From Oligoflexia bacterium (GTDB lineage Bacteria; Bdellovibrionota; Bdellovibrionia; JABDDW01), in NCBI GenBank assembly GCA_043732305.1, contig JAYTHU010000031.1:1-64000 (forward strand): a stretch of 64,000 bases of DNA. Reading direction: 5' to 3'. Below are positions 51,541-60,211 of this stretch, piece by piece. The first letter of the stretch is position 1; every line of letters starts with the position of its first letter. A program made the translations under genes and the position numbers. Under the pieces are notes generated by a model, which searched no databases, was not told where the DNA came from, and saw nothing but the letters and a program-made list of their open reading frames with translations.

Positions 51541-51568
51541 CTGTCGGCCAGGCAAAGGAAGGGCTTTA
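51541..51568 (-). promoter_or_regulatory. Putative sigma28 (FliA) promoter of the mla/lol operon
   Basis: Minus strand TAAA-N16-GCCGACAG. Confidence 0.45.
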
Positions 51569-51598
51569 GAATATATTGGCGCTAACCGAAAAATATTT

Positions 51599-52579
51599 AT
51601 GGACCAAAACTCTTATTGTGTCATGGCTATCGATGTCTTTATGAAAATGCAGGGACATATCCCGTTTGACGTTTACGTTAAACGCGCGGATAAAACCTTC
51701 ACAAAAGTCTTTCAAAAGGGCGACATGATTGATCTTAAACGCTTCGAAATTTATGTCACCAAAGGTGTTGATTCGATTTTCATTCTTAAAAAAGATCGTC
51801 GGCAATACATCAATTCCACTGACAAGATGATCACAAAGATGTTGGGCGTGCAAAAGGTGAAATTGGCCGATGCCTCATTTGCAGTTCAAGAACTTACCGA
51901 ACAAATTTTGTTTGAGATCTATGAAGACAATGTTTTTGATGAAGAAACGTTGAACATCGCGCAACGCTATACAAAATCATTTGTGCAACTGATGAGACAA
52001 GACGTTTCGGTACTGACCGCATTTCTGAAAATGTCTCACAATGAAACTTTCATGGTGAGACATTCCCTTTCGACCGCCATTTTTGGATTGCTTCTCGCAA
52101 AATCTGATGGAATCTCGAGCGATAAAATGCTGGAAATCATTTGTCTTGGAGGACTACTTCACGATATTGGAATGTCGACGCTATCAAATGATCTTAACGT
52201 TTATGAAAAACCACTCAGCCGCTCGGAAGCAGTGCAAGTGAAAGCTCATACTGAGAATGGCACCAAACTCATAGACAAGATTCCGGATTTCCCCGAGGAA
52301 GTAAAACTCGTGATTCAACAACATCACGAGTCTTTCAACGGCCAAGGATATCCGAACGGTCTATTTGGTGACAGTATTTTTTATCCCGCACGCGTGATCA
52401 ACATTGCAGACGCATTCTCCGCCCTGACCACCCGTCATGCCGGTCGCCAAATCTATACGCCCAGTCAAGCTATGGATTTGATGATTAGAGAAAAAGCTAA
52501 GTTTGATCCAAAGCTTTTAAAGAAATTCGAAGCGCTATTTCAGCCACCGCGCACTCCTACAAAAAAAACAGCAGCATAA
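51599..52579 (+). CDS. HD-GYP domain c-di-GMP phosphodiesterase-like protein
   Basis: RHS, LLHDIG, QHHESFNGQGYP, IADAFSALT, FDP. Confidence 0.9.
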   Translation: MDQNSYCVMAIDVFMKMQGHIPFDVYVKRADKTFTKVFQKGDMIDLKRFEIYVTKGVDSIFILKKDRRQYINSTDKMITKMLGVQKVKLADASFAVQELTEQILFEIYEDNVFDEETLNIAQRYTKSFVQLMRQDVSVLTAFLKMSHNETFMVRHSLSTAIFGLLLAKSDGISSDKMLEIICLGGLLHDIGMSTLSNDLNVYEKPLSRSEAVQVKAHTENGTKLIDKIPDFPEEVKLVIQQHHESFNGQGYPNGLFGDSIFYPARVINIADAFSALTTRHAGRQIYTPSQAMDLMIREKAKFDPKLLKKFEALFQPPRTPTKKTAA

Positions 52580-52598
52580 AATCACAGACTGAAATCGC

Positions 52599-53180
52599 TT
52601 AAAAAATAAATACACGGTAAAAAACATATTTGTAGAATTCGTCAAACGTGGTCACCCAAAGTTTTAAACCTTGAGTGCGGTCACTCGGCACCACGTACGG
52701 AATGATTGTCACAACCGGTGGAAACACATGCTCAAAAGTCTGCAGCGCACGATTCATATGATAATCAGACGTGATCAAGAGAATACTCTTACAACTCAAA
52801 GCTTCCACCAAAGCTAAACTCTGTTGGGCGTTTCCGGCAGTAGAATTAGAACGTCGTTCTAAAATAACTTTTTCCAAATCTATTTCCGGAGAAAAAACTA
52901 CTTCAGGAATCATATCCATCAGTGTCGAGTGTTGATGAACGCCAGAAATAATAAGTCTTTTGATTTGTCTGCGGCTCATTAGCGCGAGTCCTTCACGGAT
53001 CCGCCCTGGCCCCCCAGTAAGAACGACACCACAATCAGCGCGACTATTGTAAGAACGCGGGAGAGTGCCTCTAATGATCTCTGAGTACTCGTTCATTCCA
53101 AAAATCGGAATAACAATCCACAAAAAGATCAATAGATAGATGAGATATTTAAATAGCCGCGATAATTTCGATTTCAACAT
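52599..53180 (-). CDS. YdcF/ElyC (DUF218) family protein
   Basis: VVLTGG..RI, LIISG, SNSTAGNA, LITSDYHMNRA. Confidence 0.88.
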   Translation of the reverse strand: MLKSKLSRLFKYLIYLLIFLWIVIPIFGMNEYSEIIRGTLPRSYNSRADCGVVLTGGPGRIREGLALMSRRQIKRLIISGVHQHSTLMDMIPEVVFSPEIDLEKVILERRSNSTAGNAQQSLALVEALSCKSILLITSDYHMNRALQTFEHVFPPVVTIIPYVVPSDRTQGLKLWVTTFDEFYKYVFYRVFIF

Positions 53181-53532
53181 CAACCCCTTTAGGGAGAGCC
53201 GAAACTTCAACTGTGCTTCGCGCTGGTGGATTTTCTGTAAAATACCCACCGTAAACTTCATTGACCGCAGCAAAGTCACTCATGTTTTTTAGAAATATCG
53301 TGGTCTTGACGACATTTTTAAAATCGCCTCCAGCCTCAGTCAAAACGGCTTTAATATTTTTCATGACTAGTATGGCTTGTTCTGTGACAGTGCCTTTCAG
53401 CACTTCGTTGGTTGCAGGATCAATCGCGATTTGACCGCTACAAAATAGTAATCCATTAGAAAGCACGGCCTGACTGTAGGGGCCGACAGGAGCGGGAGCA
53501 TGAGCGGTACGAATTATTTTTTTTCCGGACAT
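53149..53532 (-). CDS. ridA: RidA family enamine/imine deaminase
   Basis: APVGPYSQA, SGQI, NEVY, PARS, VEIE; GGAGG RBS. Confidence 0.93.
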   Translation of the reverse strand: MSGKKIIRTAHAPAPVGPYSQAVLSNGLLFCSGQIAIDPATNEVLKGTVTEQAILVMKNIKAVLTEAGGDFKNVVKTTIFLKNMSDFAAVNEVYGGYFTENPPARSTVEVSALPKGVDVEIEIIAAI

Positions 53533-53596
53533 TTGAAAACCTCCAAGGTTTGAGATTACCATTTTGCCGGTTTAATAGAGCAAATGCCAATGAGAA

Positions 53597-54070
53597 TTAA
53601 ACGATGCGGGTCTTTTTCTTTCCACTGCGCTTGTGCTCTTTAAGTGCTTGCCTGATCATAGGAGCCATATCTGCGATGTATTGAAAAATAGGATTTTTAA
53701 ATTCAAACTCCATTGTTTCCACACCCATCAAAACGAGATTAACCCAAAAAGTAGGGTCAGAAATCGTATTTTCATCTTTCCCATCAATCTTTTGTGATTC
53801 AATCCATAGTGCAACCCACCGGCTAACTGTCTGTTGAGTTTTAGTTTGAAGATCACGGACAGAGTTTTCCATTCGTTTAATAAAAAATAAAGGCAAACCA
53901 ATTCCAAAAATGAGAACCCCTAAGCCAATGAACATCATGGCTTCAGGTTGAACCATTCCAGTTTTAAAAAAATAAAACGCAGCCACTATTCCCGTGAACA
54001 ATAAAAAGAAATTGATCAAGAGTAACGCTTGAAGATATTTTTTTAACATTCGATATTTCGCTAAACTCAT
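53597..54070 (-). CDS. Hypothetical two-TM membrane protein
   Basis: Two hydrophobic helices then a helical tail; FliA-like TTAG-N15-CCCGATAG at 54078-54104. Confidence 0.7.
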   Translation of the reverse strand: MSLAKYRMLKKYLQALLLINFFLLFTGIVAAFYFFKTGMVQPEAMMFIGLGVLIFGIGLPLFFIKRMENSVRDLQTKTQQTVSRWVALWIESQKIDGKDENTISDPTFWVNLVLMGVETMEFEFKNPIFQYIADMAPMIRQALKEHKRSGKKKTRIV

Positions 54071-54247
54071 ATGCTTCCTATCGGGTTGAAATCATCAGAC
54101 CTAACCTAGACTCTGGTCCAAATATACTCAGCGTTGCTGACTCGAACACTCATCTGGGTTTGGCGGAATCGATACCGACAGGGTACACGTATATTTTCTA
54201 ATTCCCTTGACGGCACATTTTTTATCTTCGATCATGTTTATAACATA

Positions 54248-54457
54248 ATGACGACACCAAAAAAAAACGACAAGCCTCAAAAAATTATTTTGCAATCCAC
54301 TCTGATCGAACTTCAAAAAGCTTTCGATGATTGGGATAAAGTCGTTGTGCCCGAACCAGTGAAACCGGAAGTAGAAGGCGCAGAAACGGAAATTAGGAAA
54401 AAAACTCAAGAAATTTTACAGAAGCTCAATGAGCAAATTAAAGAGTTCGACCTTTAA
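54248..54457 (+). CDS. Small hypothetical coiled-coil protein
   Basis: MTTPKK...LQKAFDDWD...LQKLNEQIKEFDL. Confidence 0.6.
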   Translation: MTTPKKNDKPQKIILQSTLIELQKAFDDWDKVVVPEPVKPEVEGAETEIRKKTQEILQKLNEQIKEFDL

Positions 54458-54493
54458 CTTCCCGCTCTAGTAAGTTTCAAATTTTATAATTTT

Positions 54494-55177
54494 CTAAAAA
54501 TGATAAATTCCCAAGAAAACCAGTCCACCGAGTAGCGCAAATGCTGCTCCCCGTTTGCCAGCTGCAGAAATAGGCAGAAGCTGTGAAAACGTGATGTACA
54601 CAAGAATCCCGCCTGAAATGGGCAAGAGATACTCCTGCCATTGCGAGAAAATCGAAGGAGCAAGCAATCCCAAACCTAATGCAGATAGCACGATTCCTAA
54701 AGACATGAGAGCTCGCCAAACTGTGGCTCCAGCGGCTAATGCGACCCCGAAAACAATCAATGATTCAGGGATGAGATGGAAAATTTGCCCAATTAAAACT
54801 TTTTGTCCCAAACCTGTGCTCGATAGAAAAGTAGTTCGAATGGCCACTCCGTCAAACAGCGCACAGAAAGTAAGACAACCAACCGTCGAACAGGCCGCAG
54901 CGACATCCAGCAAAGGCGCATGCGAATGCCCATGACCGTGGTCATGCGAATGATCATGATGAGAACAAGAATCTACACTGGTATTTAAAAAATTGAGATG
55001 AGGGGAAACAAATCGATCGAAGATAAATACTAAAACAACGCCCGCCAGGATCCACGGCGAGCGATTTTTTACTGTAGGAATGAGATCGATGAAAATCAGC
55101 GCGGATAAGTAGCCCGTGCCGAATGCCATCATGGACCTTAATATTTTATTTGATGCTAGGCTTTTTTCGCTTTTCAA
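54494..55177 (-). CDS. ZIP family metal transporter
   Basis: His-rich loop HHDHSHDHGHGHSH, ALFDG, FHLIPE, multiple TMs. Confidence 0.8.
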   Translation of the reverse strand: MKSEKSLASNKILRSMMAFGTGYLSALIFIDLIPTVKNRSPWILAGVVLVFIFDRFVSPHLNFLNTSVDSCSHHDHSHDHGHGHSHAPLLDVAAACSTVGCLTFCALFDGVAIRTTFLSSTGLGQKVLIGQIFHLIPESLIVFGVALAAGATVWRALMSLGIVLSALGLGLLAPSIFSQWQEYLLPISGGILVYITFSQLLPISAAGKRGAAFALLGGLVFLGIYHF

Positions 55178-55439
55178 GACTTCTCTTTATTTTCACCAAG
55201 CGCGCGGAGAGATTTTCTTCACGAGCTTTGAAAATGGCATTGGCAATTCCGCCCTGCTTTTGAATTGTCTTGATTCCGTTAGCAGAAATCTTCAAAGTGA
55301 TCGAACGCCCGATCTCTTCAATGATATATCTCTTGTGAGTGATATTTGGCAGCCAACGCGTTCTATTTTTATTGTTCGCGTGACTGACCAAGTTTCCTGA
55401 TCTGGGACCGATACCGGTAAGTTCACAAAATTGAGACAT
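55146..55439 (-). CDS. rpmB: 50S ribosomal protein L28
   Basis: CELTG...GNLVSHANNKNRTRWLPNI, LKISANGIKTI. Confidence 0.95.
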   Translation of the reverse strand: MSQFCELTGIGPRSGNLVSHANNKNRTRWLPNITHKRYIIEEIGRSITLKISANGIKTIQKQGGIANAIFKAREENLSARLVKIKRSLEKRKKPSIK

Positions 55440-55993
55440 TATTCAGCTCCTCGTTGATGACCACCACCGAAACCACCACCGCCGTGTCCACCACGGTCTC
55501 CACGATCGCCTCTATCATGCCCGCCGCCAAATCCACCGCCGCCGCCACGATCAAAACCGCCGCCACCGCCGCGATCTCCACCGTCACGGCCGCCGCCGAA
55601 ACCGCCGCGACTTCCGCGATCACGATAGCTGCTTTGTTGTTCTTCGTAGTTGATATATTTTGTTCCAACAGGAAGAAGTGCAAGTGTGCGAGCACGTTTA
55701 ATGTGCACTTTTAATGATCTTTGTTGTTTAGCACTCAGTCGGCTCACACGAGCAGGAATAATTTTTCCATGTTCGGTAACAAACGGTCTGAGACTTTCAG
55801 GATCTTTGTAATCGAAAACCAAATCGACTGCGGGACGTGGTCGTCCTCGGCGTCCTCCGCCTCGGAATCCTCCGCCTTTTTCATCGCCACCGTCACGGCC
55901 GCCACCATCGCGTCCGCCACCGTCACGACCACCAGCACTTCGGTCAGAACCGTGTGCGCCTCTTGAATCTCTAGTTTCTCTTTGTTCTCTCAT
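55439..55993 (-). CDS. rpsR: 30S ribosomal protein S18 with long N- and C-terminal RGG/FGG-rich tails
   Basis: Core [38 protein letters not shown]. Confidence 0.93.
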   Translation of the reverse strand: MREQRETRDSRGAHGSDRSAGGRDGGGRDGGGRDGGDEKGGGFRGGGRRGRPRPAVDLVFDYKDPESLRPFVTEHGKIIPARVSRLSAKQQRSLKVHIKRARTLALLPVGTKYINYEEQQSSYRDRGSRGGFGGGRDGGDRGGGGGFDRGGGGGFGGGHDRGDRGDRGGHGGGGFGGGHQRGAE

Positions 55994-56004
55994 TTAAAAA
56001 ATCC

Positions 56005-56172
56005 TCACTTAATTTCTTTGTGCAAAGTATGTCTTCGCAGGAACGGATTGAACTTCATTTTCTGAAGGCGATCCGGTGTCTTAGTTTTGTTTTTTGATGT
56101 GGAGTAACGAGAGGGCGGTTTGCCTTCTTTACGTGCTTCTGTGCATTCCAATGTGATTAGAACTCGTGCCAT
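56005..56172 (-). CDS. rpmG: 50S ribosomal protein L33 (55 aa; absent from the ORF track)
   Basis: Manual translation [63 protein letters not shown]. Confidence 0.95.
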   Translation of the reverse strand: MARVLITLECTEARKEGKPPSRYSTSKNKTKTPDRLQKMKFNPFLRRHTLHKEIK

Positions 56173-56271
56173 AAAATAAACCTTTCTTGATCTTTATCTG
56201 AGCGCTTGAAATTACCCCTACTCCCCGCTATTTTGCAACTGTAAATATTTAAATAATAAGGGAGCGGTTCA

Positions 56272-57603
56272 TTGACTCAATCATCACACACACCAAACGC
56301 ATCAAAACTTCTGATTAAAAACTGTGATCTTTGGACAACGTCAGAGGTGAAAGTCGCTCAAGACATCATCGTTCACGATGGAAAAATCGTCGATATTTAT
56401 CCATCTTCGATCTCAAACGGTGAAAATTTTCATGATCACGTCGTGTATGAACCCAAGGACGCATTGATTCACCCACTTGGCGTTGACCCTCAAGCCCACT
56501 TGCGTGTTCCAGGTCAGAGTCAGAAGGAAACAGCCGAGACCGGTATCAAAGCAGCGCTTCGCGGGGGTTACGGGGCTCTTCTCACCATGCCAAACACTCA
56601 GCCTGTAATTGATACTCCGGAAATTTGTGACATCGCCATGAAAGAACTTAAACCCTGGATGGACAAACTCGGGGTGAATGTCTATTTGTCTGCCGCCATG
56701 ACAGTGGGGCAAAACGGAAAAATGCCAGTCGAAGGACTCTCGCTTAAAAAATGGGGCGTGAAAGCACTGACTGATGACGGGAAAGGCCTGGCCTCTGACG
56801 AACTCATGGAAAAACTTTTTCAAATTTCAGAGCAGACAGGTCTTCCTTTGCTTCAGCACGCAGAATTTCCTGGTCACGGAGGTGTTCTTGCTCCGGGGAG
56901 CGTGCAAAAGAAACTTGGCGTGAAGCCCTATTTTGCTGATCCTGAAGTTGAAATGGTAAAAAGAGACATCGCGCTATTGAGAAAACATCCAAAAGCGCAT
57001 TATCACGTGCTTCACGTCTCAAGCGCGCAGACAATTGAACTTGTAGCCCAGGCTAAAAAAGAAGGATTGCCCATCACTTGTGAAGTTTGCCCTCACCATC
57101 TTTTATTCACCACAGAAGACATCCGTGAAAACGATAGCTCGTTTAAGATGAATCCACCTCTGAGATCAGCCAACGACCGCAAAGTTTTACAGCAGGGTTT
57201 AGATGAAGGAATTATTGATTTTGTTTCGACTGATCATGCTCCGCACGAGGCATCATTAAAAACTCGCGAATTCACTTCTGCGGCCTTCGGAACAACGGGA
57301 CTGGAAACTGCGCTGAGGGCATTGCTGTTTTTAGAAAGCGAAAATCTACTCTCGAAGAAAAGAGTGGTTGAAACGTTCTCTCACCGCCCGGCCATGTTTT
57401 TGAAAATTGAGAATGAGATCAGTCAACTTTCTAAGGGAGATTTTTTTCATGCAGTGATTGTCGAAAATAAATCCAAGGCCACTAAAATAGAAAAAGCTGA
57501 TCTAGCCAGCCTTTCTTCGAACAATTGTTTCCTAGAATTTGCAATGCCCGGGAAAATCACTAGGGTCTACAATAGAAAAGGCCAATTTGATTTCTCAAAT
57601 TGA
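56272..57603 (+). CDS. pyrC: Dihydroorotase (type I, amidohydrolase)
   Basis: DPQAHLRVPG, MPNTQP, TDDG, HVS, EVCPHH, KMNPPLR, TDHAPH. Confidence 0.88.
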   Translation: MTQSSHTPNASKLLIKNCDLWTTSEVKVAQDIIVHDGKIVDIYPSSISNGENFHDHVVYEPKDALIHPLGVDPQAHLRVPGQSQKETAETGIKAALRGGYGALLTMPNTQPVIDTPEICDIAMKELKPWMDKLGVNVYLSAAMTVGQNGKMPVEGLSLKKWGVKALTDDGKGLASDELMEKLFQISEQTGLPLLQHAEFPGHGGVLAPGSVQKKLGVKPYFADPEVEMVKRDIALLRKHPKAHYHVLHVSSAQTIELVAQAKKEGLPITCEVCPHHLLFTTEDIRENDSSFKMNPPLRSANDRKVLQQGLDEGIIDFVSTDHAPHEASLKTREFTSAAFGTTGLETALRALLFLESENLLSKKRVVETFSHRPAMFLKIENEISQLSKGDFFHAVIVENKSKATKIEKADLASLSSNNCFLEFAMPGKITRVYNRKGQFDFSN

Positions 57604-57637
57604 CCTTCTAATTTCCCTCTTAGACTGAGAGGATGAA

Positions 57638-57943
57638 CTACCAGCTGGCTTTTGTTACGCCAGGCAAGAGACCTTTGAGGGCCATCTGTCTGAACGTCAA
57701 GCGAGACAATTCAAATTTCTTGTAAACCGCACGTGGGCGGCCAGTCACTCGGCAACGATTACGAATTCTGTTTTCACAGGAATTTCGTGGCAGAGCTTCG
57801 AGTTTACGTCGAGCTTCAGATCGGTCTTCAGGAGACAATTTGATACTCTTAGCAAGAGCACGCAGTTCCTGTCGGACTTCACGATACTGTTCAGTCACTC
57901 GTTTTTTTCGGTCATTGTTCGCAATTTTTGATAATTTAGCCAT
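57638..57943 (-). CDS. rpsN: 30S ribosomal protein S14 (101-aa long, Zn-independent type)
   Basis: LPRNS...[13 protein letters not shown]...[19 protein letters not shown]. Confidence 0.96.
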   Translation of the reverse strand: MAKLSKIANNDRKKRVTEQYREVRQELRALAKSIKLSPEDRSEARRKLEALPRNSCENRIRNRCRVTGRPRAVYKKFELSRLTFRQMALKGLLPGVTKASW

Positions 57944-58019
57944 CGAGTTAAAACTCCATTTGTTTTTAAATTCGCTCCAAACTACTTCAGGACGAATTCT
58001 TTTTCAATACATTTGTTTT

Positions 58020-58035
58020 TGGCCCTGCTATTGCA
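58020..58035 (+). promoter_or_regulatory. Putative sigma54 -24/-12 promoter
   Basis: TGGCCCT-GCTA-TTGCA, close to the TGGCACG-N4-TTGC consensus. Confidence 0.6.
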
Positions 58036-58089
58036 TTAGAAAGCTAACAAAACACAACAACATGCTCTCCAAAGGATTAAGGGATAGGA

Positions 58090-58752
58090 ATGAAGCCATT
58101 CGTAATAGTATTTAGTCTGCTACTGGCTGGTTTCACATCAACGGCGCTCTCAAAAGTAACGGAAACTGACTATGCTTCGGCTTTCGATGCATTGAAGACA
58201 TTTAGTGAAAGACCCGGCCGCGGGCCCTATGAATCTTGGGAAAAGCTTGAGGCCAACCTGGCAAAATCATTTGTTGTCATCAAAGAGCCAGAAACAGACA
58301 TTCAACCGTATAATTTTGTTGTCTACTCGCCCTTTGATCTTCCAACTAAGTTCGGTGCAGCCGCTCACACTTTTGTATTAAGGCGCACCAAAGCTTCTCG
58401 CTTTCAGGTTCTCGTTTCAAGGAATGAAGACCTGACTCTCTCAAGTTCGCTTGTTCCCACATTGTTTGAAGAGAATGAAAAATCAAATCCGATAGTGCGA
58501 GACGTTGTCATTTCACGTTTTAAGTTTGAAAACGAAACTTCGCTTCAAGAATTCTTAAACAAATGGAAAAATGCTCGCTCTGCTTACGTCGGAGATGGGT
58601 CAGTTCGCTACCCCCAACAAGCCAGAGCAATTAGATCAATATTTACCGAAGCTTTTCCGTATATCTGGCTGAAAGAAAAATTTGCCTCTGGGAAATCATG
58701 TTTGAATCGACTCAAAAATGTGACTGACGGAAATCAGCCTCTGAGGAAGTGA
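58090..58752 (+). CDS. Hypothetical exported protein; only Cys in C-terminal SCLNRL
   Basis: Signal peptide MKPFVIVFSLLLAGFTSTALS. Confidence 0.75.
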   Translation: MKPFVIVFSLLLAGFTSTALSKVTETDYASAFDALKTFSERPGRGPYESWEKLEANLAKSFVVIKEPETDIQPYNFVVYSPFDLPTKFGAAAHTFVLRRTKASRFQVLVSRNEDLTLSSSLVPTLFEENEKSNPIVRDVVISRFKFENETSLQEFLNKWKNARSAYVGDGSVRYPQQARAIRSIFTEAFPYIWLKEKFASGKSCLNRLKNVTDGNQPLRK

Positions 58753-59222
58753 CAAGTGTAACCACCAGGATTTTTCTGCAGGTAATCCTGGTGATAGGTT
58801 TCGGCAGAATAAAACTGTTCGGCGGGAATAATTTCAGTCACAATCGGCCTTGACCAGCGTCCGGAATCTTGAACTTCTTTCTTTTTATTTTCGGCGACGG
58901 TTTTCTGATCTTCGTTTTGGTAAAAAATTATTGAACGATATTGTGAGCCCATGTCATTGCCCTGTTGATTCTTGGTAGTGGGGTCATGCATGCGGAAGAA
59001 AAAATCTAAGATTGCTTCAAATTTAGTTTGCGTGGGATCAAACTCTATTTCAATAGATTCGGCGTGACCGGTTTTCCCAGTCTTGACTTCTTCATAGCGG
59101 GGATACTTTGTGGTTCCGCCGCAATAGCCAACCTCAGTTTCAATCACTCCAGGGATTTTTCGAATGATATCTTCCATCCCCCAGAAGCATCCACCGGCTA
59201 AAACAGCAACTTCAGTTTTCAT
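58734..59222 (-). CDS. msrA: Peptide-methionine (S)-S-oxide reductase
   Basis: GGCFWG, GHAE, HDPT, QGNDMGSQYRS, AETYHQDY. Confidence 0.96.
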   Translation of the reverse strand: MKTEVAVLAGGCFWGMEDIIRKIPGVIETEVGYCGGTTKYPRYEEVKTGKTGHAESIEIEFDPTQTKFEAILDFFFRMHDPTTKNQQGNDMGSQYRSIIFYQNEDQKTVAENKKKEVQDSGRWSRPIVTEIIPAEQFYSAETYHQDYLQKNPGGYTCHFLRG

Positions 59223-60174
59223 TTTTTCTGCTCTCCAAAAATCTTTTTCTACAGGGACTGATGAAACTCAAAACTGATTCTTGAGAATTCATATGACCCA
59301 AAAGTTCTCTCAGAGAATGTGGCGGATGAAAATAAAAGTCAAAATGATTCCATAAAGCTTTGAGAACAGGCTGCATTTCGTGAGCTACTGGGCGGTAATC
59401 GACGGACTTTCCTTTTACAAACACAAAGCTATTGGTGATTTCTGACTCTAGAGGAATGTCCAAATTCAGACCGTAAGAATAAGCTAAAAAATTTCTTGGA
59501 CTCTCATTGTATAGGCGAGTGTAGAAACGTTCACTGTCCACGCATGAGTTTCGTCCAAAATCAAACATGTTCTGGATCAAAATGTTTTTGACGTTTTCTA
59601 AAAGAGTTCCAAAAACTTCTTCGTGATAATAGGCAAAGATCTCAGACATCAACACTCGGAGATCGCTCGATGACAACTCCGGGGCGATTCTTTTTGAAAT
59701 GACATATGCTGTTTTAAAAAGTGCGTTGTAGAGTTCAAAATCCACAGGATTGCGCTGCTTCTTCACAAACATTTCAAATTCAGCGTGCGCCATCTCGTGA
59801 AAAACCAACCCTTGGGCAACCATCGCACTTATATCGTGCTGATCGCGAGCTTCGCCTAAAGTTTTTAATCTCATTCCGCTAGATTCGTGAACCAAACTAT
59901 TTTCTCTGATCTTGAGGACGTTTGTCCAATCGTTGTAAGTCGCAGCTCCATCTGGAGTCAAAAATTGATCGATCACACCGAGTGCACTGAGATGGACGTG
60001 GCTAGCTACCAAATCAAAGTGATCCATGTTTAATCCAAGGTATTTGGAAATGTCGGCAGAATATTTGGTGGTGCTGCTTGCTTGCACTCGACAGGGAAAA
60101 AATCCAAGAGAAATGAAAACGACTAAAATCAACATGCCTACAGAATGTAGGCGCCCCTTTAAGAACGATCGCAT
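59212..60174 (-). CDS. Exported protein with HExxH motif (possible zincin)
   Basis: Signal peptide ending VQA; VFHEMAHAE and downstream MSEIFA. Confidence 0.65.
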   Translation of the reverse strand: MRSFLKGRLHSVGMLILVVFISLGFFPCRVQASSTTKYSADISKYLGLNMDHFDLVASHVHLSALGVIDQFLTPDGAATYNDWTNVLKIRENSLVHESSGMRLKTLGEARDQHDISAMVAQGLVFHEMAHAEFEMFVKKQRNPVDFELYNALFKTAYVISKRIAPELSSSDLRVLMSEIFAYYHEEVFGTLLENVKNILIQNMFDFGRNSCVDSERFYTRLYNESPRNFLAYSYGLNLDIPLESEITNSFVFVKGKSVDYRPVAHEMQPVLKALWNHFDFYFHPPHSLRELLGHMNSQESVLSFISPCRKRFLESRKNEN

Positions 60175-60211
60175 AATATTACCCCCCGGTAAATGTCAGG
60201 CAGAGCCTATG

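Noticed and set aside
54234..54246. Palindrome ATGTT-TAT-AACAT resembling part of a Zur box
   Set aside because: Too short, and it is not upstream of the r-protein/ZIP operon
55423..55966. Ala/Val/Thr-rich alternative-frame ORFs over rpsR
   Set aside because: Shadow translations of the Gly/Arg-rich repeats of S18
56482..56505. pyrC metal motif reads DPQAH instead of DxHxH, suggesting an inactive enzyme
   Set aside because: Gln at this position is a variant I recall in other annotated dihydroorotases, and the other ligands are intact; not enough to call it inactive
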